A program made the position numbers and the translations under genes. A stretch of 64,000 nucleotides of DNA from Octopus bimaculoides. Taxonomy: Eukaryota. How positions within the stretch are numbered: position 1 is the first letter of the stretch; the number at the start of each line of letters is the position of its first letter. The DNA lies in contig NC_068986.1 in NCBI RefSeq assembly GCF_001194135.2, forward strand, positions 7,969,122-8,033,121, given 5' to 3'. This document shows positions 11,996 through 25,399 of this stretch, one piece after another. Below the pieces are notes generated by a model, which worked only from the letters and a program-made list of their open reading frames with translations, was not told where the DNA came from and ran no database searches.

Positions 11996-13279
11996 GTATA
12001 TATTTAATGCTGAATGGGGAAAATGGAACTGACGCACTAAACAGAATGTGTACACATTCTCTGTGCACGCATATGTACCGATACAAATATACTCACACAG
12101 ATAAGACAATGTAAAACTACTCTTGCATCGTTAGTGTTGCGTAGCAGCTGGTGATGTCTAGACAGCTGGTCTTTCGCTTATTCATGTTTCTTTAGTCTGC
12201 TTCGATAGTTACACTGAAGTTTCAGAAAATTATATTATTTTATGTCGACACTGAGAAATAGATTTAAATTTGTATTCAAATCTTGTAGTTGGGTGAAATG
12301 ACGTGTTTTATTTTCAGATGACAGGTGAAAAAAATTCGAACAGAGGACGTATATGAAATACAATCAAGATTACGAGTTATCAAAGGGTTTAATTGGATTT
12401 TTAAATATGAATTTGTGGCTTGATAATGTGTTGATCCCTTCGTCTAAAGGTAAATAGTGATTCTTAATACTACCCTCGTAACTGCCGATATTTGATCGTT
12501 GTGTGTCGTTTGGATTTAACACTGTAACTTACTAGGTGAGTTGTTTAGTATTGCATGAAATATCCGATGAGCATTGCTCTTTATTTTGATGAGTGGCAGT
12601 TTTCTGCCACCAAGCGCGGCGAGATTATTCTAATTGATGTCCAGGTTTGAGCACTTGGGATGGTTTATATACTTACTTCTTTCGATGCATACAACCTGCC
12701 AAACATTCGTCTCCCTTATCAAAACCTGTTAGGTGTTTACGTTTCTTCTTTTCATGTCCAAAAGATTATTCATACGATAAATAGGGATCAATAAATATGA
12801 TAAAATATAATAAGCAAATGAATAGTTATAAATGGCTAATCCCTTGAAATAATGGCCCTAACATGACCGTTGTCGACAAATTGAAATCCTTGGAAGAATA
12901 AAGAATATATATAGAAAAGATATTACATGGAATGCCTTGTAACATGTGCAGAGAAATAAACTTTGATAGTTTAGAAGACATGCTAAGAGAGATGTTATGT
13001 AAGGTTGTTACACTATGTCTTCAGATTAGACAGAACAGTACTCTACATACTTAGCACAAGAGTCGATGGCGTATTGTTATGTTCTGGTTTGAGTAAGATG
13101 ATTCTTGTGTAACAGGGCCAGGCAAATCCTATTAGAATGATTAGATAAAGAACACAATCACAGACCGGTAGAATGTTAAATGAACCTAAACAATATTCAC
13201 AACGCTTTAATTGTTGGTTTCGATGTTCATGTGGTCGTAAAAACAAAAATTTACCGAAGTCCCTTCAGCTCTATGAACG

Positions 13280-13355
<76 letters not shown>

Positions 13356-13367
13356 GTATATATATAT

Positions 13368-13420
13368 ACTCTTTTACTTGTTTCACGCATTTGATTGGGG
13401 TCCTGCTGGAGCACCGCCTT
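13368..13420 (-). mobile_element. SINE family A 3' tail fragment
   Basis: tcttttacttgtttcacgcatttgattggggtcctgctggagcaccgcct is the reverse of the family A tail. Confidence 0.75.
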
Positions 13421-14014
13421 TACAAATTTAGCCTGCATCTGTTCATTTCCTATTTCAATGAACATAAATTTTTGAACAGCAACAATCATGTTCTTTTGAA
13501 TTCTTTTGGAGAGAGCCGAGAAAACAGAAGCTCTGTCTAGATGGTTTGCCAAATTTTCGTCATATTTACTAATTAAATATAAGATTTTTTTATAATTTCC
13601 GCGATTAATGGATTCTTTAGATTAAAAATGACACAGAAACGATAATTTCGGGCGACCAAGAAAAACAGCTGCATCGATCAATCGCCGAAAATGGATCTGT
13701 TTTGTCTAATTTCTTCATTATACTCTTGTATGCTGTTTTCGTATATACATCTTATTCTAAGTCTTCTCACTTGTATTTCTAACCTACCCCACTTCACTTC
13801 TCCCTACTTTATCTGCATTTCTTCTCTGTCGTGTTCTCCCTCTCTCCCCTCTACCTGCTACTGACACGTGACCTATGGTCAGCTTTCCTTCTTTTTCTCT
13901 CTTTTTCACACCAGCCGCCTAGTCATTTAGTTGCAAAAAATTTCTGTCTTCCTATTTTCATATCCTTTAAAATTTCTTCTAACTGTTACTCACCATTCTT
14001 GTCTCTTTGGCCTA

Positions 14015-14249
14015 TTTTTGTCGTGGTGTATGTTGACTGAAATGATGGGAAATGCGACGGAAGTGTTGGAAATAGTGCAGGATGGAAGGATTGGACAAAA
14101 GAGAGGAAGGAGTCGAGTTGTTGGCGGGAGAGTCGTGGTGAGAGAGTCATCAATATAACGACCCATAGTTCGGGAGTGGAACCAGTGAATCGTGAGAATA
14201 TTTGGCCTCAGCGTAACCAACGAACAAGTTTTCATAGTTGGGGGACCAT
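14015..14249 (-). mobile_element. Penelope-like RT fragment (catalytic region)
   Basis: With one frameshift the minus strand reads GPNYENLFVGYAEAK...FHSRTMGRYIDDSLTT...SNTSVAFPIISVNIHHDK. This matches PLE RT MGP.YANLFVGY.E...RYIDD...S.TSV.FLDISV.I. Confidence 0.8.
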
Positions 14250-14312
14250 ATATACACACACATATATATACATACACACACACACACACACACACACATG
14301 TATGTATGTATG

Positions 14313-14345
<33 letters not shown>

Positions 14346-15060
14346 NNNNNNNNNNNNNNNNNNNNNNNNNNNNNNNNNNNNNNNNNNNNNNNNNNNNNNN
14401 NNNNNNNNNNNNNNNNNNNNNNNNNNNNNNNNNNNNNNNNNNNNNNNNNNNNNNNNNNNNNNNNNNNNNNNNNNNNNNNNNNNNNNNNNNNNNNNNNNNN
14501 NNNNNNNNNNNNNNNNNNNNNNNNNNNNNNNNNNNNNNNNNNNNNNNNNNNNNNNNNNNNNNNNNNNNNNNNNNNNNNNNNNNNNNNNNNNNNNNNNNNN
14601 NNNNNNNNNNNNNNNNNNNNNNNNNNNNNNNNNNNNNNNNNNNNNNNNNNNNNNNNNNNNNNNNNNNNNNNNNNNNNNNNNNNNNNNNNNNNNNNNNNNN
14701 NNNNNNNNNNNNNNNNNNNNNNNNNNNNNNNNNNNNNNNNNNNNNNNNNNNNNNNNNNNNNNNNNNNNNNNNNNNNNNNNNNNNNNNNNNNNNNNNNNNN
14801 NNNNNNNNNNNNNNNNNNNNNNNNNNNNNNNNNNNNNNNNNNNNNNNNNNNNNNNNNNNNNNNNNNNNNNNNNNNNNNNNNNNNNNNNNNNNNNNNNNNN
14901 NNNNNNNNNNNNNNNNNNNNNNNNNNNNNNNNNNNNNNNNNNNNNNNNNNNNNNNNNNNNNNNNNNNNNNNNNNNNNNNNNNNNNNNNNNNNNNNNNNNN
15001 NNNNNNNNNNNNNNNNNNNNNNNNNNNNNNNNNNNNNNNNNNNNNNNNNNNNNNNNNNNN

Positions 15061-15584
15061 ATAAAAACCTCAATAAAGTGCAGACATAATAGACAGGATA
15101 TAGTAATCTGTGACAGAGAAGAGAAACTGTGTACAGTAGTAGAAATCAGCTGTCCTGCGGATGTCAACATCACGCTAAAGATTAGAGAAAAAGAGAACAA
15201 CTACGCCGAGCTACTGAGAAATTTACAGATACTCCACCCAGACTACAAGTTCAGATTCATACCCGTGATTGTTGGGGCATTGGGATATGTAACGAACTGC
15301 CTCAACAAAAACCTGGAAAAATTAGGGTTCTCAAAACCTGAAAGAAAAAGGCTGATTAGAGGACTACAGATTCAAGCCATCAATGGAACTGTGAAGATAT
15401 GTAACACTTTCCAGAAATTTCGCACATAAATGCATATGCATGCATCTAGACATGAAAATATACACATAAAAACGCATCCATAAAACAAACATAAAAATTT
15501 GCGCATACACTAACACCAAATACTGCACACACACACACACATGCACAAATACCTAGATGATGTTGATAAAAGTTCCAATGAAGA
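15061..15584 (+). mobile_element. Dong/R4-type LINE 3' end: RLE endonuclease plus 3' UTR
   Basis: Open frame IKTSIKCRHNRQDIVICDREEKLCTVVEISCPADVNITLKIREKENNY...IPVIVGALG...GTVKICNTFQKFRT* carries the PD-D/E..K-type RLE signature. Both ends run into N-gaps. Confidence 0.9.
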
Positions 15585-15984
15585 NNNNNNNNNNNNNNNN
15601 NNNNNNNNNNNNNNNNNNNNNNNNNNNNNNNNNNNNNNNNNNNNNNNNNNNNNNNNNNNNNNNNNNNNNNNNNNNNNNNNNNNNNNNNNNNNNNNNNNNN
15701 NNNNNNNNNNNNNNNNNNNNNNNNNNNNNNNNNNNNNNNNNNNNNNNNNNNNNNNNNNNNNNNNNNNNNNNNNNNNNNNNNNNNNNNNNNNNNNNNNNNN
15801 NNNNNNNNNNNNNNNNNNNNNNNNNNNNNNNNNNNNNNNNNNNNNNNNNNNNNNNNNNNNNNNNNNNNNNNNNNNNNNNNNNNNNNNNNNNNNNNNNNGC
15901 GTCCAATAACACTATCCGTATCACGTCCTCACTTTGTTGTTTTTTTGTGTTTTTTTGAAACTATATTTTTTATTTATTTATTTA

Positions 15985-16028
15985 TGTGTTTCAGCCAAGT
16001 GGCTGCGGTCATGCTGGTGCACCACCGT
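15985..16028 (-). mobile_element. SINE family A 3' tail fragment
   Basis: tgtttcagccaagtggctgcggtcatgctggtgcaccacc is the reverse of the family A tail. Confidence 0.7.
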
Positions 16029-16072
<44 letters not shown>

Positions 16073-16633
16073 ATGCAAATATAATAGGATGAGGTGGGGG
16101 TCATAATGAGGAGGTAGATTGATTGAAGAAAAAATGAGAAAGCAATAACATTGCGATCCGTTTATCCCGGAAGTTGATTTCGCTGTCTATTTAATAAATG
16201 TCCTGCTGCATTAATATTTTAGATAAAGGTCACCAATGGTAAACAGAAAATGACAGACTGTTACCTATAAGTTACATTTGTTTAAAGAGAGCTACATATT
16301 AACAAATGCAGTATAACTAAATGTAAGACTTGGTCAAAGACAATTATCTATTTTCTGAGAATTCTGTGAATCTTAGAGTTGCTATAGAGTTTTAAACATG
16401 TAAGAATGTTACATACTAATTCGCAAAATCATCTGAACTGCCATATCTATAAAAAGGATTGCCATTAAACTTGCGAGGGATGAGCCACAAGATCTCGTGT
16501 AATTGGACTTTATATTTTGTCATCTATTTGATACAGGTTTGGAACAACTGTATATCTATACAATATTAACAATATTAACAACCGTGGTAGCAGAAGCTAT
16601 ACACTTCGTTGTAATTGCATACATCTAATAGAT

Positions 16634-16665
<32 letters not shown>

Positions 16666-19600
16666 GATGGTGTGTGCCTGTAAGTGTGAGTTTGTGACGT
16701 GCTCTTGTGTATGAACGTGTTTTTGTGTATTTATGTGTGTGCCTATGTGTGTTTTCGTGTGTGCAAAGTGTTCTAATAGTGCAAAGTCGACGTGTTTGTT
16801 CCCACCTAAATCCAACGCATTCGTTTACAGTTCGCTGCCGATTGGTGACAGAAGCGGTAAACTAGAAAGCATTCTTATGCAAAACTTTCCAGCCTTAAAC
16901 AGTCATGTCAGGCCTCAATATAGCCAAATCATACATTGTAAGTGCGTCGACACAGATGGAAGTTATGAGATCACAGCAGAAAAACTGCAGGTAACAACTT
17001 GGAGAAGGTTCCTGCAGCTATGAATGGATTGAACCAATTGTCTAGGGTTCACCCAGAGTTCATCGTATCTTACTGCTTCCAACTGAAGATAGTGATACTA
17101 GGAAGTGAGTATTCTCAGACTGACTAAAAACGCTTCACTGCATTTTCTTCTAGGATTTTGACTATCTGAATCTTCTTGCAGATGGGTTACATGGAATGAG
17201 TGCCGGCCTGACTGTGCTGGAAGACTGTACTTGGATCAATACATGTTACGGGTGCAGAATATCAGTTGTTTTCAGCTGGTATTGAGTAAAAAGTTCCCCT
17301 GGGAGAGCGCCCATCTCGGGACTACGTTGTTTAGCAAACCCCGAATACCAGAAAGGGCTCTTGCTTCTTTCTTTTTTTTTTGCATCTTCTAACGAGGACG
17401 GAAAAATCAGGAACGTCCTGAAGTATAGGACTGAAGTCATGAACTTTCTTGATTCGTGTTTTCACTCTGAGCTTTTGGGATTTCTTGTAACTAAAATTCA
17501 GATAATATTCTTTGTGTGGATTTGGCAGAGAAGATTTGTAAACACGAAGCCGAACGAACGTAATAGATTCACAAACGCAACAGAGTGTTATTCTCTGCAC
17601 CTCTATCAGAGTTGACGTCTGATCACGTGTGGCCCTAATCCACGTTAAACTCACAAATGATAGTACAGATAACTTCAAATGGTTAAAAGGTCTGACCGAT
17701 TTCGATATTATTGATGTTTATCATTAAAGAAAAGGAGTATTAAACTTCATATCATTAGTTAAACATTACTAAACATTAGGAAGTACACAAGTTTATAATT
17801 TCGTTACAGACATTCATATATTTAGGGAGGATAATTAAAGTTTCATGTATTTTTGGTTTTCTTTTTGTAAAGTAAAGTGACATTAAAGCACTAAGTATGA
17901 AATTCTATGACATCGTTATGGACTCACTAGTAAACACGCTTGAAAACTCCTTCCTTTTTCGTCCAGTGACGTATGGCTAGAGGACAATTAAAAGAAAACA
18001 AATAGCAATATGTAATTTTGTGATTTCTAAACTGAAATGGAAGGTGGCTGAAGTCAAAGGAACGCAAGACATCTCACTTGTACTACATTCTAGATTCAGA
18101 AACCTGTAACGTAGAATCCATTTCGTCCTTCAGCAAGTACGACACATGATGCTATTTACATGAATGTGAAACGGCAACACCGTTCAATTAACGAATATGT
18201 TGTTAACTTGATGTCTTAGCTTCAAAATCTGTAAATGAATAAAGTTAACAAACTCTCCACTTATTATTAAAGGATATTACTTTGTTTCTTACTTTTTAAA
18301 ATAGAGGACACGTACAGATTTTAAGAATTCCAAAATGGCATATTTTCCCAATTCTGATATTACGAAACGTTGTTGTAATTTTCTCTATCATCACCTTATT
18401 TTACAGATGCCGGGGATTTTAGTTCAAAATTATAAAATGATATAGATTCATAATAAATGAATTAAAAGATGAAATTTAGTTTAAAACTCTAGATTCTTCA
18501 ATCCCTCAACATTTTATAACAATATTGCTTAGAGCATCAAGCGGTTGAATATACCTGTGATGCTCTTGCTGTTAGTGCCATCTCTACTTCTGAGTCAGTT
18601 TCAGGACATCTGTTATATTTATTTGGAATGTTCTTCAACATGGAAGCGCGTGATCCAAGTATTTCACTAAATGCTCTCCACGCCGCCACCACCACCACCA
18701 CCACCATTCAACAATGGTACCTTGACTAATTATCGCGAGTCCATTTGGTTTTTGGAAATTAGTATATACATATATATTCTCGAATCAAGAGAACAAATGT
18801 CCGGAAAAGCTGTGCAGAGCCAAATTATTCTTTGCAGTCTCTTTAATAATAATGATGTCTTTCGAAGCAGTACGTGACATGAGAGCGATATACTCTGTAG
18901 AATTATTTAAGGTGAACGCGGCAGTAACTACGGTGAGATGTACTTAAAATGAGTCGAGATAATTGCTCCTATCTAAAGATGACAACTCAATATCTTTAGA
19001 AGGAGAAATGCCCTGAAGCCACAGGGAGATGGAAAACACTTTATCGTTCAATAAACGATTGTAATATATTGGCAAATTCTCTCTCTCCGTTGGCATCTAT
19101 AGTTTTATTTCAAGGAAAGTATTAAAGGAATCGTTACTGCAAAGATATGGAAATATTTAATTATAGATCATGGTAGCTTATAGAAGTGAAATAAAGAGAA
19201 ACGCCGGTGGATTATTTTCGATCTGACGCCATAATATATGAAAGATGTAAATATTTAATTGCAACTGATTACATCCCAGCTGCAGAATGTTTCTTTACAG
19301 TGTTCAACGTAGTTCCATGTAAGGACGATAGCACTATAATGAATACATCATACAATAGGAATTATTATCGCTAGATTGCTTATGTTTCATCCGCAACTCA
19401 TTGAACGTCTCAGAAATACTATCACACTAACTGAATTACTATGGCGGGTCAACGGCCGTTGTTTTCACACGGTTGCTCGGTCAGCTACAATTAACAGTAA
19501 AATACCCTAAAAATCACATCACAGCATTTTTTTTTTATATATATAAAGCATAATCAGATTATCGGATAATGGATAATGTGGTTCTAAATGAAGTGTGAAT

Positions 19601-19692
19601 CTGAATACCTAGGATGCACTACACCTAGAAACAAGAAGGTAAAATCACAATTGCTTTGGTTTAGGACTACTGAATTAGGTGTTCATATATAT

Positions 19693-19738
<46 letters not shown>

Positions 19739-20387
19739 NNNNNNNNNNNNNNNNNNNNNNNNNNNNNNNNNNNNNNNNNNNNNNNNNNNNNNNNNNNNNN
19801 NNNNNNNNNNNNNNNNNNNNNNNNNNNNNNNNNNNNNNNNNNNNNNNNNNNNNNNNNNNNNNNNNNNNNNNNNNNNNNNNNNNNNNNNNNNNNNNNNNNN
19901 NNNNNNNNNNNNNNNNNNNNNNNNNNNNNNNNNNNNNNNNNNNNNNNNNNNNNNNNNNNNNNNNNNNNNNNNNNNNNNNNNNNNNNNNNNNNNNNNNNNN
20001 NNNNNNNNNNNNNNNNNNNNNNNNNNNNNNNNNNNNNNNNNNNNNNNNNNNNNNNNNNNNNNNNNNNNNNNNNNNNNNNNNNNNNNNNNNNNNNNNNNNN
20101 NNNNNNNNNNNNNNNNNNNNNNNNNNNNNNNNNNNNNNNNNNNNNNNNNNNNNNNNNNNNNNNNNNNNNNNNNNNNNNNNNNNNNNNNNNNNNNNNNNNN
20201 NNNNNNNNNNNNNNNNNNNNNNNNNNNNNNNNNNNNNNNNNNNNNNNNNNNNNNNNNNNNNNNNNNNNNNNNNNNNNNNNNNNNNNNNNNNNNNNNNNNN
20301 NNNNNNNNNNNNNNNNNNNNNNNNNNNNNNNNNNNNNNNNNNNNNNNNNNNNNNNNNNNNNNNNNNNNNNNNNNNNNNNNNNNTATA

Positions 20388-20420
<33 letters not shown>

Positions 20421-21266
20421 CAACAAGCAGAGCCGGGATTAAACTTAGACAAGTTAATTATTATTTATATCAATCGTCAGCAAACCTCTCTTTGTACGGA
20501 CTACAATTTGTTAGATAATTATTATATAAGGAAAAAGAAGGACAACTCAAAGAAACGGAATTTGACGATTGTTGCGAAAGAATATTTAGATGAAAGTTTA
20601 CTAGTCACACAGTTTTTAAAGTTTCCATGATATTTTAGAAGGATATTCATCATGAAAGTATGACATCTCTGATGCAACCTTTTGCTTCACTGTCAATTCT
20701 CTTCTGACAAGTTGTATTAGTTTGAAACGTTAGATCTAAACGTATAATTTCTTTGAACAACCATTGTCTACATGAAAGATCACAATATTTGTATTTACTT
20801 AATGTATATAGGATAATCTGTAACTTGAGTAGAGTTACTTTAAAAGACACACGAATGTTTAAATAAGCATAGACATCCACACGCAGACAGACACAAATGG
20901 GCCTATGTGGACACGCAGACACACACAGATAGACATATAAAAGTAGATAAGAAGAAGAGGAGAAGACAAGAAAGAGGGGAAAGAGATAGGGAGGGGAGAA
21001 GGAGAGGTTGAAAATGAACTGGACATTGACCAGTGAAAGAAGAACGAAGTGGAGAAGTTTAAATAAAATAAAAGAAAGAGGAAAGAAGAGAAAGGTGCGC
21101 TTGAAAGAACAATAGGGCAGATGTGAAGCAGTATTTGTATAAAGAAATGAAAATGTAGAGAATGAATGGTGGGTTGGGGAAAGGAAGAGGGGAACAATAT
21201 CTAAAGTAAGGAAACGTTTGTGAATGGGTAGAACAGTGATGGTTACGGTGTGGCTAAGAAAGGTTT

Positions 21267-21560
21267 TTAGAAATAAAATACAAAGGTCGAATTTTTACTG
21301 TGTCGCCAACTCCAATAACAAGGGTGTGTATTCAAAAGTGATGGTGAGAGGGAGCGAGCGCGGAAAGTGTATTGAGAGTGTGAAGAAATGGATAAATAGG
21401 AATGTTCTGTGGGGAAGGCAGAATGGATATGAAAGAAAAGCAAATTTGGAATTTGATAATAATGAAAAGATAACAGACATAGGACCTGGTACAGCTTCAA
21501 TATATATGTTATCGACACCGGGAGAGTTAAAGATAAAGTTGACTATGAAGGGATTTGAAA
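21267..21560 (-). mobile_element. Possible decayed PLE RT thumb remnant
   Basis: Minus-strand FPTEHSYLSISSHSQYTFRARSLSPSLL resembles KPTDSHSYL..SSSHP.HT.RSLPYS. Confidence 0.35.
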
Positions 21561-22090
21561 TCAGGACATAAACCGCCAGAAGAGATGCTGGCACGTATAT
21601 ATACTGTTTAACGCCCTAACGAATCCGCCATCTATCAACAATAGTTTACCGTTGTGAGATCTAGAAACACGAACATACGTATACAAAGATACTAAGAAAA
21701 TATATTTAATATAGGTCTAGGTTTAATTACGTAAGTAAGACATAACTTGCTTTTTCAATAGCTTTACTTTCTATTCATCATTTTATTTCATAATAATACC
21801 TCTACAGAGATAGAATTCATTTCATGTTCGATGAGCTCCTTGCTTACAAACTTTTTACGAAAATTGCCCTCGTTATATTTGTGAGATATTTATTTCTGTT
21901 ATTACCACATATCTGATTTCGGTGAGTTGGTTTAGCATCGTTTTTAGTGTTCAATTTAGTTTAGTCAAAAATCCTATGTTGACAGTCTTTTTATCAGGAA
22001 AATACTGTCGCAGACGTCACTATCTTCAAATCTTACCGTATTTACGCTGTTAAGTTCTATATATTACTGGGCACACACAATACACACAGG

Positions 22091-22153
<63 letters not shown>

Positions 22154-22274
22154 ATGAAGCCAGTTGAAATATGGAAATGGACAGCGGAAATTGAAGAAAA
22201 AATCGATATAGTTCTACCTCCTGGTAGCATAAACAGAGTTTCAGTTTGCGCAAGAAAATTTAATAGAAGCATAC

Positions 22275-22495
22275 ACGTCTTTTATCTTATATTTTTTACT
22301 TCTTTCATTCACTGTTCTGTAGCCATTCTGGAGTACTACCTTGGAGGACTTAGTTGCAGAAATCAATCCCGCTATTTATTTGTTAGGCATCGTACGTATT
22401 ATATCGGCCTTTTGCCGAACCGCTAGGTAACGGGGGCGTGAACGAACCAATGCCGGTTTTCGAGTGATGGTGGCGAACCAACACAAATACATACA
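22275..22495 (-). mobile_element. SINE family A 3' half (decayed)
   Basis: Contains tatcggccttttgccgaaccgctaggtaacgggggcgtgaac and the tail tagccattctggagtactacc, both reverse matches to 47300-47470. Confidence 0.75.
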
Positions 22496-22562
22496 CAAAC
22501 ACACACATACTTATACATATCTACACATACATAAATACATACATACCTACAAACATACATAC

Positions 22563-22678
22563 CAACAAAAAATACCCTGTTGTTGATGTTGAAATTCCAA
22601 TGAAGGAGCTTTGGATCTGGGCTAGAAACCGGTTCTTTCTCTATTGGCAAGAAATCTTCAAATAAAATTGAACAATGA
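22563..22678 (+). mobile_element. About 110-bp LINE 3'-end element embedded in (ATAC)n, copy 1
   Basis: aaataccctgttgttgatgttgaaattccaatgaagg...aataaaattgaa is closely similar to the reverse of 53409-53521 and similar to the end of 15061-15584. Confidence 0.8.
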
Positions 22679-23867
22679 CATACATACACACACACATACA
22701 TACATGCATACATATATACATACATGCATACATACATACATACATACATACATACATACATACATACATGCATGCATACATACATATATACAGTTATTTT
22801 TTATTATAAAATTTTATTGATTAGCCATATAAAGACTTTATTGCTTGCTGGCCACTAATATTATTTTTGTTGTTCGAATATTTACTCATTTATTCTAAAT
22901 TTATGCACTGAAATTCTTTTGAATTTAGCTTAACGGACACAACGAGGCGAGTGGGATTTAACACTGGGTATTTAATAAGATCTGCTGAAGAGAATTGAGG
23001 AGCAATCTTGAATTCGAAATCATGATCAGATTATACCTATTATCCAATTAAATAGCTTTCAGCTGAGTCAGAATGTTAAATTTTATCTGGTCGTTGCCCG
23101 ATTTCTGTTGGTCTGTTATGATCTTCAGTACGTTTGGAGGATTGTTTGAAAGTTTTAACTCATATTTCTAGCAAACTGGTACTTCTATTAAAAATATCTA
23201 TTAATTATAAAATCTTATTAATCAGGCTTGGCCGAACACTGGTCACGTGGGAAGAGACGATTGAGAGGTAGAGGAGGAAAAGTGAGCAAGAAGAGAAGGC
23301 ATGGAAATGTGAGTGAGGGGGAACGAAAGAACGAAGAGTGGAATGAACGAATAAGCGTGAAAGGGCTGATAGAAAGAAGCAATAGAGTCTTCCAAGATTT
23401 AGATAAATATATACTTACGTATAAGAGACCAAATTGAACGTACGCTGCTATATGTATATATATNNNNNNNNNNNNNNNNNNNNNNNNNNNNNNNNNNNNN
23501 NNNNNNNNNNNNNNNNNNNNNNNNNNNNNNNNNNNNNNNNNNNNNNNNNNNNNNNNNNNNNNNNNNNNNNNNNNNNNNNNNNNNNNNNNNNNNNNNNNNN
23601 NNNNNNNNNNNNNNNNNNNNNNNNNNNNNNNNNNNNNNNNNNNNNNNNNNNNNNNNNNNNNNNNNNNNNNNNNNNNNNNNNNNNNNNNNNNNNNNNNNNN
23701 NNNNNNNNNNNNNNNNNNNNNNNNNNNNNNNNNNNNNNNNNNNNNNNNNNNNNNNNNNNNNNNNNNNNNTATATATATATATATATATATATATGGAAAC
23801 ATTCCCAAACCTTCCTCCCAATAAACCACTATTATTCCTGAAAAGTGTTTTTTTTATATACACTTGA

Positions 23868-23940
23868 CCGAGGTTCCCAGCGGTGGGATTAAACCTGGAG
23901 CCATGTCATTGGGAAGCTAACGTATTAACACACAGCAAAC
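23868..23940 (-). mobile_element. Degenerate SINE family A head
   Basis: ccgaggttcccagcggtgggattaaacctggagccatgtc...acacacagc is a reverse match to the family A tRNA-like head. Confidence 0.5.
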
Positions 23941-24351
23941 CATGTATGACATTCTATGTTTTCGCGGCCATTATATGTCATTGTTCTTCTGAATATGAAT
24001 TGTTTTCATTTTCATAGACAATTTCCTATTTAAGATTATTTTCGTTATATTTTCGCTATATGTATTTTTATTATTCGTATAATGAGCTTGTTTGTTAATT
24101 TGAAATTGCTTTTTAATGTTGATTTCTGTTATTAGAGATCTTTGCACAAATGTTTTACAGGAAATTACTGTAATAAACATTTCCCCATCTTCCCCGTACT
24201 TCCCGTTGCAATTTTCTAACTATTACAGCTGATGCATTAAAACAATGATTTCTGTTCAGGCATTTTCTCTCTTTGCAGTAAATTCATGGATGCTTCATGC
24301 GAGTTAATGCACTGCATAGTCTTCTAGAAATACGAGCTTGTGTCTGGAGAA

Positions 24352-24571
24352 CACGGGGGTTTTCTGAAGAGTATCTGGTTTTAAGGGTATCGCGAAAGGC
24401 CTGGCTGAAGGCCCAAACTTCCGAGTCTTTTACAGGGCTTACAAAAAGTAGAGGACCGCTGCAACAAGTGTGTGAATCTGAGAGAGGAATATGTTGACTA
24501 AAATCATAATTAACTGATCTTGTAGTTTCTTTTTACCCAGTGCCAGGAACGTTTTAGCATCCCTTCGCATA
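24352..24571 (+). mobile_element. Mariner-derived MITE, about 220 bp, retaining the transposase C-terminus
   Basis: Degenerate TIRs (cacgggggttttctgaagagtatctgg / ccaggaacgttttagcatcccttcgcata). The interior, with frameshifts, reads AWLKAQTSE...GLQKVEDRCNKCVNLREEYVD* (cf. W...Q...FY..GI.KL..RW.KC....G.YVE*). Confidence 0.75.
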
Positions 24572-24668
24572 CATTTAATACCTTAATATGGTATTTCTTT
24601 TACCCAGTGCCAGGAATGTTTCAGCATCCCTTCGCATATATCTAATACCTTAATATGGTATTTCTTTA
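24526..24668 (+). repeat. 67-bp tandem duplication of the right TIR plus flank
   Basis: acccagtgccaggaa starts at 24535 and again at 24602; the copies differ at a few positions. Confidence 0.93.
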
Positions 24669-24924
24669 CATCTTGCCTTCCCTTATACGCCATTATACTA
24701 TTTCTCTAAACGGGAAGTTATTTAAGTTTTTATCGAGTTCTTAGTTCCGATATTTTACGCGGAAAATGTTACGCTCTTCAAGATTGCGACTTATTTTTAT
24801 CGTTACTACAAATATATAGACATATTATGCTTATATAACAACAACAACAACAACAACAACAATGATAATAAGAAATTACGAATTAGCATTAGCATTATCT
24901 TTAGTTTATTTTTATATATAAATA

Positions 24925-25066
24925 CAGAGACAGACAGACAGACAGACAGAAAGATAGATAGAAAGACAGACAGGCAGACAGACAGGCAGACAGACAGGCA
25001 GACAGACAGACATACAGGCAGGCAAACAGACAGACAGACAGACAGATAGATAGATAGGTAGGTAGG

Positions 25067-25133
<67 letters not shown>

Positions 25134-25270
25134 AGAGAGACATNNNNNNNNNNNNNNNNNNNNNNNNNNNNNNNNNNNNNNNNNNNNNNNNNNNNNNNNN
25201 NNNNNNNNNNNNNNNNNNNNNNNNNNNNNNNNNNNAGACAGACAGACAGATAGATAGATAGGTAGGTAGG

Positions 25271-25337
<67 letters not shown>

Positions 25338-25347
25338 AGAGAGACAT
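24925..25347. repeat. (AGAC)n/(AGAT)n tetranucleotide array, with sequence duplicated across an N-gap
   Basis: Direct reading; the block ending gataaagagagacat occurs before and after the gap at 25144-25235. Confidence 0.95.
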
Positions 25348-25399
25348 AATGAAAGAGTGAGAGAATAGGATCGAAATGGTCCAGATGATATTTGGCTTA

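Noticed and set aside
12318-12449. Plus-strand exon-like segment with a good acceptor and AAG|GTAAAT donor
   Set aside because: Stops occur in all three frames. It could only be non-coding, and nothing else supports it.
15899-15930. GCGTCC after the gap, reminiscent of a hammerhead 3' end (GAAACGCGCGTC)
   Set aside because: The upstream core would lie in the N-gap and cannot be assessed.
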